Below are positions 38,111 to 47,428 of a stretch of DNA of 64,000 bases, piece by piece (position 1 is the first letter of the stretch; every line of letters begins with the position of its first letter). Origin of the DNA: a virus. The notes beneath the pieces are model-generated. The model did no database searches. It was not told the origin of the DNA and saw only the letters and a program-made list of their open reading frames with translations. Made by a program: the position numbers and the translations under genes. The stretch is from positions 25,941-89,940 of the IMG/VR virus record IMGVR_UViG_3300025070_000022. One strand, written 5' to 3'.

Positions 38111-38569
38111 TTAAAAATACTTTAGCATTTCTTCAAAATGTTCTTTTGCATTATCCCTAGTAGCACTTGTTGTACCATGAAGTCTATCCCCTTCTATTGT
38201 TTTACGCATAGATTCTATCACCTTTTCATCAGGAACTTTTTTCTTTGTAGCATCTTTAAAGTAATCTTCTCCTAATTCAAAGGTTGGCTCTATGCCTCTA
38301 CCCATGCCACCTTCCCCATATTCTTTATCAGCCAACAAATAATAGAATTTTTTACTAGGAATTGCTCGGAATACCTTTGGCTTTCCATCATCTCTAGGAG
38401 TACTCTCTTGTTCGCTACCAAAAAAAGCATATTCTACTGCTTCATCAAAATCAAATGTCCAATGCCTAGTTTCCCCTCTAATTTGAACTCCTTGAAAAAC
38501 CTCATCGTATGTATCAAGTTTAGTCCCGTCAAGTATATGGAAGGGCTTCTTTAGTATATCTTCCCACAT
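38111..38569 (-). CDS. WxxILK-tagged protein, possible ADP-ribosyltransferase fold
   Basis: MWEDILKK; VFQG...HWTFDFDEAVEYA resembles ART-fold strands 1-2. Confidence 0.45.
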   Translation of the reverse strand: MWEDILKKPFHILDGTKLDTYDEVFQGVQIRGETRHWTFDFDEAVEYAFFGSEQESTPRDDGKPKVFRAIPSKKFYYLLADKEYGEGGMGRGIEPTFELGEDYFKDATKKKVPDEKVIESMRKTIEGDRLHGTTSATRDNAKEHFEEMLKYF

Positions 38570-39013
38570 AATAATCAATATCCTTTATCACATATATTCG
38601 GGAATATCCCATGAGCCATAAGTTGAATTTTTATTCCACATATTATCTGCTTCCCCGCTTTGTCCAATATCTCCAACAAAATCATAGTTTTGGTTGCTTA
38701 AAGCATAGGCAATCAAATGATATAGGTTTTCAGCATATCCTCTTCTCATAAATTCAGTTTTTGTACTAACATCTCTTGCTTGAAAAACATCATCGTCTAT
38801 TTTTTCGGCAAAGGCTCTTGTTAATTGAACTCCTTCTTTATCTACAATATTACCGTCTAAAGAATCTCCATGAATATTAACATTCATTTTTAATTTTTCT
38901 TTGCTTTTAGGGTCTAGGTATATAGCAGTCACACTATTCCCTCTAATAACTATATTAGAAATGGGATTTTGCTTTAGTATATCTTGCCACATAATATCAG
39001 TAATCCTTTATCA
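38549..39013. repeat. About 42-bp imperfect direct repeat (38549-38590, 38972-39013)
   Basis: CTTTAGTATATCTT(C/G)CCACATAATA...TCCTTTATCA; flanks the GNAT gene. Confidence 0.8.
38588..38992 (-). CDS. WxxILK-tagged GNAT-family acetyltransferase-like protein
   Basis: MWQDILKQ; motif A-like TEFMRRGYAENLY and QSGEADNMW. Confidence 0.65.
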   Translation of the reverse strand: MWQDILKQNPISNIVIRGNSVTAIYLDPKSKEKLKMNVNIHGDSLDGNIVDKEGVQLTRAFAEKIDDDVFQARDVSTKTEFMRRGYAENLYHLIAYALSNQNYDFVGDIGQSGEADNMWNKNSTYGSWDIPEYM

Positions 39014-39668
39014 TTGTAGTAACGCCCTTGTAGACCATTTCCGGCTGTGATTTAGCAGAAACAATGTACTTGTAAGTCGGTATTCCCTTGTCGTTTAACT
39101 GTTGCATCCCATATTTAAAAGGAGTGAAAATCGAATGGTTAGAAATATCTACATCTTCCTTGTATTTATCTCCCCAAATGTCATATTTGTTAGCCCAAAT
39201 ACCTACGGCTAGTGGGTAGTCAGTGTTTTTCTTCTTCTTACCATTTGGCCAAGAAGCACTACAAATAGCATCTACTAGAAATTTCCATGCTAATTGATGG
39301 TCTAGATTGGCAGTAGAGTCTAAATGTCTATGGTCTATTACAAAGATAACATACTTTACCTTTCTATTCTTCATATCTTGCATCCATTCTCTCCAATAGA
39401 TTGCTTCACCGCCCATGTCAGCAGTTTTCAAAGTATGAGTATCGCCGTCTAATTTTATTGTTTTTCGACTAGCCCTTTGTTTGCCAACAGTTCTTTCTCT
39501 TATTTCCGGAACTTCGCCTCTAGTTCTTAGTTGATGGTGCAAAGTAGTCTTACCTACCATAGTAGCACCATAGATTCCAAAGTTAATTGCATGTACTTTC
39601 TTGTAAAACGCTACTGTAGCCTCAATACAAACTACTGCGAAACCCGCTAATACAGACAAAAAAATCAC
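38997..39668 (-). CDS. Small GTPase (Arf/Sar/SRbeta-like) with N-terminal hydrophobic helix
   Basis: G1 GATMVGKT, G2 RTVG, G3 DMGG, G4 NKYD, G5 SAK. Confidence 0.9.
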   Translation of the reverse strand: MIFLSVLAGFAVVCIEATVAFYKKVHAINFGIYGATMVGKTTLHHQLRTRGEVPEIRERTVGKQRASRKTIKLDGDTHTLKTADMGGEAIYWREWMQDMKNRKVKYVIFVIDHRHLDSTANLDHQLAWKFLVDAICSASWPNGKKKKNTDYPLAVGIWANKYDIWGDKYKEDVDISNHSIFTPFKYGMQQLNDKGIPTYKYIVSAKSQPEMVYKGVTTMIKDY

Positions 39669-39896
39669 CTAATGTGTAATGTGGTCCCAAGTATCTGTTA
39701 TCTTTTCTATCATCCAACCCATAATGTTGAGGTCAAAGACTCCCATTATGTTGCCAATAAGAAGTGCTGATAATGTGGCACAAGAACCCCAAAACCAAAA
39801 GCGCATTTTAATAAAAAACATGTCAGCAGAATGCGCCCTGCTTTGGTTATATGCGTAGTCGGATTCGGAGAATCCCATTAAGTCGCCTAGAACCAT
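39669..39896 (-). CDS. Small membrane protein
   Basis: FWFWGSCATLSALLIGNIMGVF transmembrane segment. Confidence 0.7.
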   Translation of the reverse strand: MVLGDLMGFSESDYAYNQSRAHSADMFFIKMRFWFWGSCATLSALLIGNIMGVFDLNIMGWMIEKITDTWDHITH

Positions 39897-39905
39897 TTAA
39901 CCACC

Positions 39906-40304
39906 TCACTGTAGAGTGGCTAAGAAATCTGTTGAAACGCCCTCAGTTTCATATTGCGGAGAAATTTGTGGGATTCTAGAAGTTTGATTTTCGGCTTGGA
40001 ATGTCTTCAAAGAATCTTGCATCTTTTTTCTTTGCTGTTCATCCTTAGCAATTCTTTGCCAATAGGCAGTAATTCTTCTGTCTAGTAGCCACATCTCAAT
40101 CTTATCATTAAGAGCCAAATCAAATAATGCCTTCATTACCATTACAGCACCTACTGTAATCAGCCCAAACAATACGCCATGCATTAGAATGGTGTATGGG
40201 AAGTTCAACCCAAATTTAGCGTAGAAGAAGACATTTGCTCCACTAACAGTACCTACGAATAGGATAGTCATAATCAAGCGAGTGTCGTGGTTTAATGCTG
40301 GCAA
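39906..40304 (-). CDS. Two-TM membrane protein with coiled-coil tail
   Basis: Two hydrophobic helices followed by QRIAKDEQQRKKMQ. Confidence 0.7.
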   Translation of the reverse strand: MPALNHDTRLIMTILFVGTVSGANVFFYAKFGLNFPYTILMHGVLFGLITVGAVMVMKALFDLALNDKIEMWLLDRRITAYWQRIAKDEQQRKKMQDSLKTFQAENQTSRIPQISPQYETEGVSTDFLATLQ

Positions 40305-40313
40305 GTAATCACC

Positions 40314-40613
40314 TCAGTTGAATTCTACTGAAACATGTGCAGTAGAAGAACCGGCTTCTGTGACTTCTAAGAATATTCCTCCAGTGCATAACACACCATG
40401 CATGTCATATTCTAGATTATACTGTCCCGTAGTCGTATTGTGAATTCTAGCAATTTCTGTACCAGTATTATCTTGTCCATCAAATACTTTAATGGTCACT
40501 GCCGCATTGCTAGCAATAACAATGTTAGCGTGAATGCTTTTCAATCTACATTGAGTCTTAGAAATTATTGCGCTTGCCCCAAGGACTCCACTGCTTCTAC
40601 TCACATCGGACAT
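40314..40613 (-). CDS. Hypothetical beta-rich, possibly virion protein
   Basis: 99 aa downstream of the capsid genes. Confidence 0.55.
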   Translation of the reverse strand: MSDVSRSSGVLGASAIISKTQCRLKSIHANIVIASNAAVTIKVFDGQDNTGTEIARIHNTTTGQYNLEYDMHGVLCTGGIFLEVTEAGSSTAHVSVEFN

Positions 40614-40666
40614 AAGTTCACTTCCTAAACTTTGGTAATTGCCTCTTCTTAATGAAGGTTGTGCAA

Positions 40667-41059
40667 TTACTCGTCTTCGGTAATCTTAGGTACTGCTTTC
40701 TTAGAAGTAGTTTTCTTAGGTGCAGTTTTCTTCGTAGTAGCCTTCTTTGCAGTAGCCTTCAACTTCTCCGGAACTGTTTTCTTAGGAGGTAGTGGGGCTA
40801 GAGCATTAGCCAATGCTTCTTCGGGGAGTCTAAGGTACTTGGAAAGAATTGCCTTTTCACGGCTAGGTAATTTTTCAATATCCTCTCTATCCTCGGAAGT
40901 AAATTTAACTATGCAGTTCTTACCACCGATGTAATGTGAAGCAACGAAGGCCGAGATTTTAATGTCTTCGACCTTCGTTACTTCCATAAACCCTTTTGCC
41001 CCGTTTCGTAGTCTCAAGGTTGGAACCTTACAAGACTCGCTTAAACGGATGGTTGCCAA
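40667..41059 (-). CDS. Hypothetical protein with Lys/Ala/Thr-rich tail
   Basis: KATAKKATTKKTAPKKTTSKK. Confidence 0.6.
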   Translation of the reverse strand: MATIRLSESCKVPTLRLRNGAKGFMEVTKVEDIKISAFVASHYIGGKNCIVKFTSEDREDIEKLPSREKAILSKYLRLPEEALANALAPLPPKKTVPEKLKATAKKATTKKTAPKKTTSKKAVPKITEDE

Positions 41060-41068
41060 ACAAACACC

Positions 41069-41662
41069 TCAAAGAAGTCCAGTAGCACGAACTCGTAGAG
41101 TTCCCAAGTCGTCTGCTAGAGCCTTGAGTCCGGCAGTAGCGACAGCCGAACCTAGAGTAAAGCAGTAAAGGTAGCAGTATGTACCGTCCGAACTAATGTC
41201 ACCAACAATCCAGTGAGCATCCAACAAAGATGGGTTAGAAACCTCAACTTGTGTAAAGGATGCCAAACCGAAGTCAGCCGCCAATAGTTTTTCACCAACA
41301 TGGAGAAGTTGTTCATCTCCGCTACCGGTGTTAGCGGTAAGAGCAGTTGGTCCCGATGTCGTTAGAACAGTTGCAGTTAGTGTACCAATCTCAAAGACTT
41401 GTGAGTTGTTTGCCGAAGCAGAGCCGAGAATAGTCACATAGTCACCTGCGGCAAAGCCATCAGTAAGATAACTACCAGCACCTCTAGTTAGTATATCGGG
41501 GTCGTCATCAGCCGCAGTAATGCTTTGACTAGCGGCAGTAGCAGGGGAGCCTGTTCGATAGGACGAAACTTCAACACTCGCTAGTGAAACATATTGGTGT
41601 CCCACAACGAATGGCTTTGCTATACCCTTATGGTCAGCGATTAAAGTAACAGTATTTGTCAC
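41069..41662 (-). CDS. Putative capsid decoration/minor head protein
   Basis: Immediately downstream of the capsid gene; inserted GSYLTDGFAAGDYVTI module. Confidence 0.5.
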   Translation of the reverse strand: MTNTVTLIADHKGIAKPFVVGHQYVSLASVEVSSYRTGSPATAASQSITAADDDPDILTRGAGSYLTDGFAAGDYVTILGSASANNSQVFEIGTLTATVLTTSGPTALTANTGSGDEQLLHVGEKLLAADFGLASFTQVEVSNPSLLDAHWIVGDISSDGTYCYLYCFTLGSAVATAGLKALADDLGTLRVRATGLL

Positions 41663-41671
41663 TTTACCACC

Positions 41672-43015
41672 TCAAGCCACATTGGTAATCTTGCCTTGTC
41701 CCTTGAAGAACGAACAACCAACTTCACCAATGGTTCGGTAAAGTGCTTGGTTGCCGAGTCGTCCCACACCGAATGGGTTTCCGTTAGAAACACCGTCTTC
41801 AAAGTATTGAGTCGGCTTAAGAACGGAGAGCCACATATGGTCAGTGTCCAAGAACAACAAGTCGCTAATCCCACTATCTGCGGCATTGAGAGTTGTAGTC
41901 ATATCCTTAACAGGAATCAATGGAATGTCGTAGTAGGTTGCCACACGGAAACCAACTTCTGCACCCTTAATTCCACGAATACCGTTATGGGTAGGAATAA
42001 CTTCCTTACGGTCCATGAATCGCTCTTGGCTTTGTAGCAAGTCAGCGATTGCTTGGATAGTATCGTATCCCGTAAGAATACACTTAGGGGAACCTCCGGA
42101 GATTCTCAAGTTGCGAATCATGTTGTTAAGCAAAGTAAGAGTTAGTGGTCGAACCGAAGATGCGGCGTAAGAACTGTTAAAGTCAACTTCTGCATCTAGG
42201 AAAGAAGCAGTATTTCGGTTATCTCCGTAGATTTTACCTAGATTGTTAGTAGCACTCAATGGGTCAGTGCATAGAACATTGCTGTCCATAGCCGCTAATT
42301 CAGCGTTACTTGTAACGACCTTCAAAAGCGAAGTATAGTTTCGCTCAATATCTCCAAGAGCCGCCGATTCACCGTAGACTTGTAGAGGCATGAGAAGCAT
42401 CTTGTTTTGTGCTTCTGCGTGTGCCTTACCCATGTCTTCACGGATAATAGCCCGAATATCTCCAAGTCCATCATCAATTTGAGCCATTTCCATTGCGAGT
42501 TCGGAAATATCGAACTGGTGTGCAATAGTCTTAGGACTCATAAAGAGTTGAGCGTAAGTTGGAGCCATAGAACCAAGTCCATCTGCCGCAGTAGAAAGGC
42601 CGGCGTTTTCTGGAACACCGCCAATTTGGTCAGCGTGTGGCTTACTACCACCAATTCCAATAACACCAGTGCCAGTAGTATCGCCAGTAATATCCACTTC
42701 TAGTCTAGGGTTAGAACCACCAAATGGTCGGCTCTTAAGAATTCTCCATCCGGAAGAAGCATAAGGTCGCTTTGCTAACATAGCAAGAGCATTTACTTCT
42801 CGGTTTAGCATAGACCAAACTTTTTGTCCGTATAGTTGGTTATACATTGCTGTTCCAGTAATACTGGATGTGCCGCTTGCCGCCGCATCACTAATGTCGT
42901 GTGCAGTGTGTAGTCCTTGAACTGCACCTGCTTGTTTCAACACGGAGTTTCCGCCAAAGGCAGGTAGTCCGTATGTCGCCGCTTCTAAATCTCTAATTGT
43001 GTTAATGTATCCCAT
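41672..43015 (-). CDS. Major capsid protein (HK97 fold)
   Basis: 447 aa downstream of the protease; PKTIAHQFDISE, YDIPLIP, LFLDTDH. Confidence 0.85.
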   Translation of the reverse strand: MGYINTIRDLEAATYGLPAFGGNSVLKQAGAVQGLHTAHDISDAAASGTSSITGTAMYNQLYGQKVWSMLNREVNALAMLAKRPYASSGWRILKSRPFGGSNPRLEVDITGDTTGTGVIGIGGSKPHADQIGGVPENAGLSTAADGLGSMAPTYAQLFMSPKTIAHQFDISELAMEMAQIDDGLGDIRAIIREDMGKAHAEAQNKMLLMPLQVYGESAALGDIERNYTSLLKVVTSNAELAAMDSNVLCTDPLSATNNLGKIYGDNRNTASFLDAEVDFNSSYAASSVRPLTLTLLNNMIRNLRISGGSPKCILTGYDTIQAIADLLQSQERFMDRKEVIPTHNGIRGIKGAEVGFRVATYYDIPLIPVKDMTTTLNAADSGISDLLFLDTDHMWLSVLKPTQYFEDGVSNGNPFGVGRLGNQALYRTIGEVGCSFFKGQGKITNVA

Positions 43016-43025
43016 TTAATTCACC

Positions 43026-44231
43026 TCAAATGTTACCGCCAACAGCCTTATGAATGTCGCTCCAACTCATGTCAGCAATCTCTTCTGTAGAGAAAACCTT
43101 AGTGGTTGTAGCGGCTTCTGTAGCCTTGCGGATTGTGTTCTTTTCTTCTGTAAGTGACTTACGGAGTTCGGAGAACTCTGCGTTAAGTCGTGCGATTTCG
43201 GATTGTGCATCATATTCTGCCTTAGCAACTAAGTCTGCTCGGTTAGTTTCTTCCGAAGCGAATCTCTTAGCGAAGGTTTCTTCGAGAGTTTCGAGTCCCA
43301 TCTTCTCAAGTTGTTCTGCTCGGTATTGCTCGTAAGCCTTCTCGATGTTTGAAGCACTTAGGTTAAGAGTGCGGAATTCTTCGTTAGCAAAGGTCTTACT
43401 AACCATTCCTTCTTTCTTTGCTTGCGCTCCAGCACTTGCCATAGGTTCACCGGCTCCACCAAGATTAGTTTCGTCGTTTCCATCAAGAGTAGTACCCTTG
43501 GCTTCCGGAGTTGACCCACCTTCTGCGTCTTCGGTATCCATGTATTCATCCATTTTCTCATTCAATGGGTGGCCGCCAGACATTTCCATTGATGGTTCTT
43601 CTTCTTCTTTTCGTAGCGTGTTGACTTCTTCTAGAAGAGTATCTAGTTCTGCCAATGCCTTTTCTAATTTGTTCATTGTTTTGTCCTCCTTTAATATATC
43701 GAACCTCGCTTCGGGGTTGATTCCTTTTTCGCATATTGTGACTTCGTGGAGTTCTAGTTTGCTTATCTCGCTATACTCCCCTAATTCATCGTGGTGTTTC
43801 TTCACTTTTTGTAGTGCTTGTCCACCTATGCTAAAAGACCTCAATGACCCCTTGCGAATTCCTCGGTTTATTTCCTTTGCTTTTTCAATATCATCTCTTA
43901 ATTTAATTACTACGAAGAACCCAACATCATCTACTTGGGTCTTCCATAGTTTTCCATTACTATCTCTATGAGATTCAACTACTTCTCCAACTTGAACATT
44001 GGAGTGATTAGTCATAACATTGCGGAACTTATTGTGTTCCATGAATTTTTTAACTGCCTCATTTAAGGCTTTGAGAGTAATTAAATCATTTTGCTTATCT
44101 ACCATTTCGATAGAAGCATAGCCTCCAATCATTAAATCATCATTCGACGCCTTCAAGATGGAGAAGTCATTCTCCTCCATTGCAGACATAATCGTAGACA
44201 TGATGCTCAAGCCGTCTTGTAGCAAATACAC
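43026..44231 (-). CDS. Prohead protease fused to scaffolding domain
   Basis: IGGYAS..VDKQND, H, SFSIGG, LHEVTIC..GINP; acidic coiled-coil C-terminal half; true start may be ATG at 44201 or 44189. Confidence 0.85.
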   Translation of the reverse strand: MYLLQDGLSIMSTIMSAMEENDFSILKASNDDLMIGGYASIEMVDKQNDLITLKALNEAVKKFMEHNKFRNVMTNHSNVQVGEVVESHRDSNGKLWKTQVDDVGFFVVIKLRDDIEKAKEINRGIRKGSLRSFSIGGQALQKVKKHHDELGEYSEISKLELHEVTICEKGINPEARFDILKEDKTMNKLEKALAELDTLLEEVNTLRKEEEEPSMEMSGGHPLNEKMDEYMDTEDAEGGSTPEAKGTTLDGNDETNLGGAGEPMASAGAQAKKEGMVSKTFANEEFRTLNLSASNIEKAYEQYRAEQLEKMGLETLEETFAKRFASEETNRADLVAKAEYDAQSEIARLNAEFSELRKSLTEEKNTIRKATEAATTTKVFSTEEIADMSWSDIHKAVGGNI

Positions 44232-44238
44232 TATTTAA

Positions 44239-46725
44239 CTAGTTCGGTTGTTTAGTGTATTTTAAGCCTTTGAACTTGTCTTCATAAATATTCCAAATAC
44301 CTTCGTCAGTATCCTTATCTACTGGCTTCTGCTCATATCCAGTCCATGCTAACCACATATCTTTACCTTCTACTGGAACTACTCTAAAGTGAATCTTAGT
44401 TTCAAACTTATTTCCATTTAGAATGTATTCATGGTATCCATGTCTTTGTACTCCCATTTCTACATCTCCAAGGTCAATTAGTTTTTCCTTTGAAACATTT
44501 GTAGAGATTTGAGCAGGGAACTTAGTAGCCTTACCAAACAGCGAGAATATATCATCATCGGAGTCTAGGTCAATATACCAAGATAAGTTCTCACCTTTGT
44601 AATTCACAATAAAGTCCAAGTTTCCATCCTTTCTAGAATAGACTTTGAATTCTGCTTTTTCCGACTCCTTTTGAATTTCACTATCGTCAACAGAAATTTT
44701 ACCATTATTATATGACATTCCTTCCGAGGCTTGTACCCAAGAACCGAGCCTATTCTTGTCGCTTTCTAAAACAGATTCATAATCCCCTGCATGATTGCCA
44801 GCCAAGAAATTGTGCAAATCTCCTATGGTCTGCGGCTTACCCTTTCCTTTTACAAACTGTTTAATTGACGCTCTCAACTTTCCTTGAATAGTTTTTAGAG
44901 CCATCTCCGCTTCTTGTTTCCACATATCTAAGTCTGCAATAGCATTCTTAGACATTAAATTATTCTCATTAAATCCATAAATGGTAAATCCATCCATGCT
45001 CTTAGCAATTAAAGTAGCACTACCATGTATGTTATCGGTAATCGTTATCCCTTTCTTGAGTGCTTCTACCTTGTACTTCAAAGACGGCTTAGTATCCTTA
45101 GATAATAATTCTAAGGTCACAATCTTATCGGGAGTAGCGGCTTCCGGAACCTCGATTACTTTGGCAGAATATAGAGTAAATCTACCATCCGACTCCTTTA
45201 CCTCATCTACCTTGACTCTAATAATTTCTCCAACCTTAACATCTATCTTGGTATTTAGTGCCTTACCTACATTCATGTAGAGTTTGTTATCCATTTCTAC
45301 TATATGCTTTCCTTCTTCTAGAACTGGGCCAGCCCCTAATGAATAAGAGAATAAGCCGGACTTAGTAGACTTCTTATCTAGAACTAGCATATCTAAATCT
45401 ACAAATTTCTTCCACTTAACCCACTTTGGGTTTTTCTTAGTTCCTACGAAATAAGTAGAAGTTAGGTCTTTGATAACAACCCCTTCCGCAGTAGGCATCT
45501 CCATTATTTCCTTAGCATATTCTTCTATGTCTTTCAAAGAATCTGCAATTCTAGTATCTTTCTTAGAAGGGAATGCAATAGCATCGGAAGACTTTGCTGA
45601 ATAATTATTGAATAGAATGTTAATCCTAATCTGTAGTTCATCATCCATCAAGTTCTTCTCTTCATGTCGCATTATGTCGAAAACATGCGCTCTTAGTTTT
45701 GCTTCGGGATATTTATTCTTGAATACATGAGCAACTGTATCTGCTCTATGTAGGGCTTTATCGCCATCGAATAGAATGAGTTCTGCATCTAGAATACAGT
45801 CACCATAAGATTTCTTTTTCATTTCTGCTACTTGTTCAGTACATTTTTCAGTAATGTCCTTACCGTTAAATGAAAAGATTTCAACCTTATCATCAATCTT
45901 ATGAATTTGTATTCTCATTCCATCGTACTTTTCTTGTACGACATAATCTCCGGAGAATCCCATCAATTCATTCATATCTTCAATATCGAAGATACGATAC
46001 ATCGGTTTGTTAGGAGTTAGGAAGTTAGAGATGGCCTTCTCTTCCTCGGACTTTTCTGCCTTCTTTAATTCTACTCCAACTAATTTACTCCAGTCTTCTT
46101 CGGAGTGTCCGGATAAAAATACCTTCTTGAGTTCCTTTAGTGCATTCTTGAATTTAGAATTCACCTTCTTACTATCTTTATCGTCGCCATAGTGTTCTAT
46201 AACGAATAGAGGAACATCATTCAATGCTAAGTCTAGTCCTTCCAAACCATCAGTTATCTCGTCGCCTTGATATTCTAATTCATTATAGAGTTTAGAAGAT
46301 AGGGCATCATCACCGTTTCTAATTGCATAGTGAATGAACTTCATAAAAACATCTACATTCGATAGTAGAGATTCTAGTACATTCCCTTTCATTTTCTTAG
46401 AGAATGGGTCGTTGACATTCTCGGAGTCAAATCTCATTTGCTTAACAGAATCATAGATAATTTTAGCGGAGCCACTTGTAGGACTACCTGCATCATCGGA
46501 TTCAAGGTGACGCTCATCTAAATATTCTTTGAGTTCCTTACCAAGAGGACTAAGGCTATCATACGATTCCTTAATTTTCTCAAGTATATTTCTCCAGCGA
46601 CCCCCATACTCTTTAGGGTCACTTCTTGCAGATAAATAAGCGACTCTAGTTTCCTCGAAGAGAGATAAAATCTCATTAGATAAGGGAGCCTTATCCTTCT
46701 CGAACATTAGACCAGTGGTTGCCAT
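44239..46725 (-). CDS. lig: ATP-dependent DNA ligase with N- and C-terminal extensions
   Basis: EKYDGMR, ILDAE, VFDI, EGVVIK, WVKWK and OB domain. Confidence 0.9.
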   Translation of the reverse strand: MATTGLMFEKDKAPLSNEILSLFEETRVAYLSARSDPKEYGGRWRNILEKIKESYDSLSPLGKELKEYLDERHLESDDAGSPTSGSAKIIYDSVKQMRFDSENVNDPFSKKMKGNVLESLLSNVDVFMKFIHYAIRNGDDALSSKLYNELEYQGDEITDGLEGLDLALNDVPLFVIEHYGDDKDSKKVNSKFKNALKELKKVFLSGHSEEDWSKLVGVELKKAEKSEEEKAISNFLTPNKPMYRIFDIEDMNELMGFSGDYVVQEKYDGMRIQIHKIDDKVEIFSFNGKDITEKCTEQVAEMKKKSYGDCILDAELILFDGDKALHRADTVAHVFKNKYPEAKLRAHVFDIMRHEEKNLMDDELQIRINILFNNYSAKSSDAIAFPSKKDTRIADSLKDIEEYAKEIMEMPTAEGVVIKDLTSTYFVGTKKNPKWVKWKKFVDLDMLVLDKKSTKSGLFSYSLGAGPVLEEGKHIVEMDNKLYMNVGKALNTKIDVKVGEIIRVKVDEVKESDGRFTLYSAKVIEVPEAATPDKIVTLELLSKDTKPSLKYKVEALKKGITITDNIHGSATLIAKSMDGFTIYGFNENNLMSKNAIADLDMWKQEAEMALKTIQGKLRASIKQFVKGKGKPQTIGDLHNFLAGNHAGDYESVLESDKNRLGSWVQASEGMSYNNGKISVDDSEIQKESEKAEFKVYSRKDGNLDFIVNYKGENLSWYIDLDSDDDIFSLFGKATKFPAQISTNVSKEKLIDLGDVEMGVQRHGYHEYILNGNKFETKIHFRVVPVEGKDMWLAWTGYEQKPVDKDTDEGIWNIYEDKFKGLKYTKQPN

Positions 46726-46731
46726 ATCGCA

Positions 46732-47214
46732 TCAGTAAAGATTAAGAGAGTCTGCCATATAAGTTTCCGATTGTAAAATAGCCTTAACACCCGCTTCTTC
46801 ACCCTTAGTCCAATGGCCGTCTTCGATTAGTTTAGGTAGTTTTTTCAATCTATTAATCATTCGAGTAAATTTTTCAACTCTTTTAGGGTCGTTATACTTG
46901 CCATATGAAAGTCTTTCTTGCTTAATTCCATCATTTAGCAGTTGGATAGTATTTTCTATGGTTATGTCGGACTTACCAAAAGTATCTCCAGCAAGACCAT
47001 ATCCGGAATGAGTACCTGTATTGTTCTCAATCTTAGTATCATCTTTTTCTGCCTTGGGTTCCTTGGTCTTAACTTCGGGGGCTTCTATTTCTAACGGTAG
47101 AGTTTCTCTACCCTCTTGTTGTAAGACTTCCTTTGCTTTACGAACCAATCTAATTGCTCTACTAATTTGTGCTTCCTCTTCTGTCATTTTTTCCGGCATA
47201 TCAGTTCCTCCCAT
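46732..47214 (-). CDS. Hypothetical head-module protein
   Basis: ORF between portal and ligase. Confidence 0.6.
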   Translation of the reverse strand: MGGTDMPEKMTEEEAQISRAIRLVRKAKEVLQQEGRETLPLEIEAPEVKTKEPKAEKDDTKIENNTGTHSGYGLAGDTFGKSDITIENTIQLLNDGIKQERLSYGKYNDPKRVEKFTRMINRLKKLPKLIEDGHWTKGEEAGVKAILQSETYMADSLNLY

Positions 47215-47428
47215 TTACGAACTTTTCAATATCATTCCAACTCATCTTATGGATAGCATCAGCATCCGGTACAGATTGATTTGACATAGATGGAGTAGGG
47301 CTATCGACAACAACAAAGCCCGACTTCATAAGCAAGTTATCTTTGTTGTAGACTGCTTGTTCTAGAGTCTTAATTCTACCAACCAATTCCTTTAGAATAA
47401 TCAGCATGTCTTCATTACTTTCACTCAT
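47201..47428 (-). CDS. Small head-module protein with C-terminal MSWNDIEK motif
   Basis: C-terminus resembles the scaffold C-terminus MSWSDIHK. Confidence 0.65.
   Translation of the reverse strand: MSESNEDMLIILKELVGRIKTLEQAVYNKDNLLMKSGFVVVDSPTPSMSNQSVPDADAIHKMSWNDIEKFVNGRN

Noticed and set aside
40667-40800. Histone H1-like protein
   Set aside because: Only a short low-complexity K/A/T tail, insufficient for a family call.
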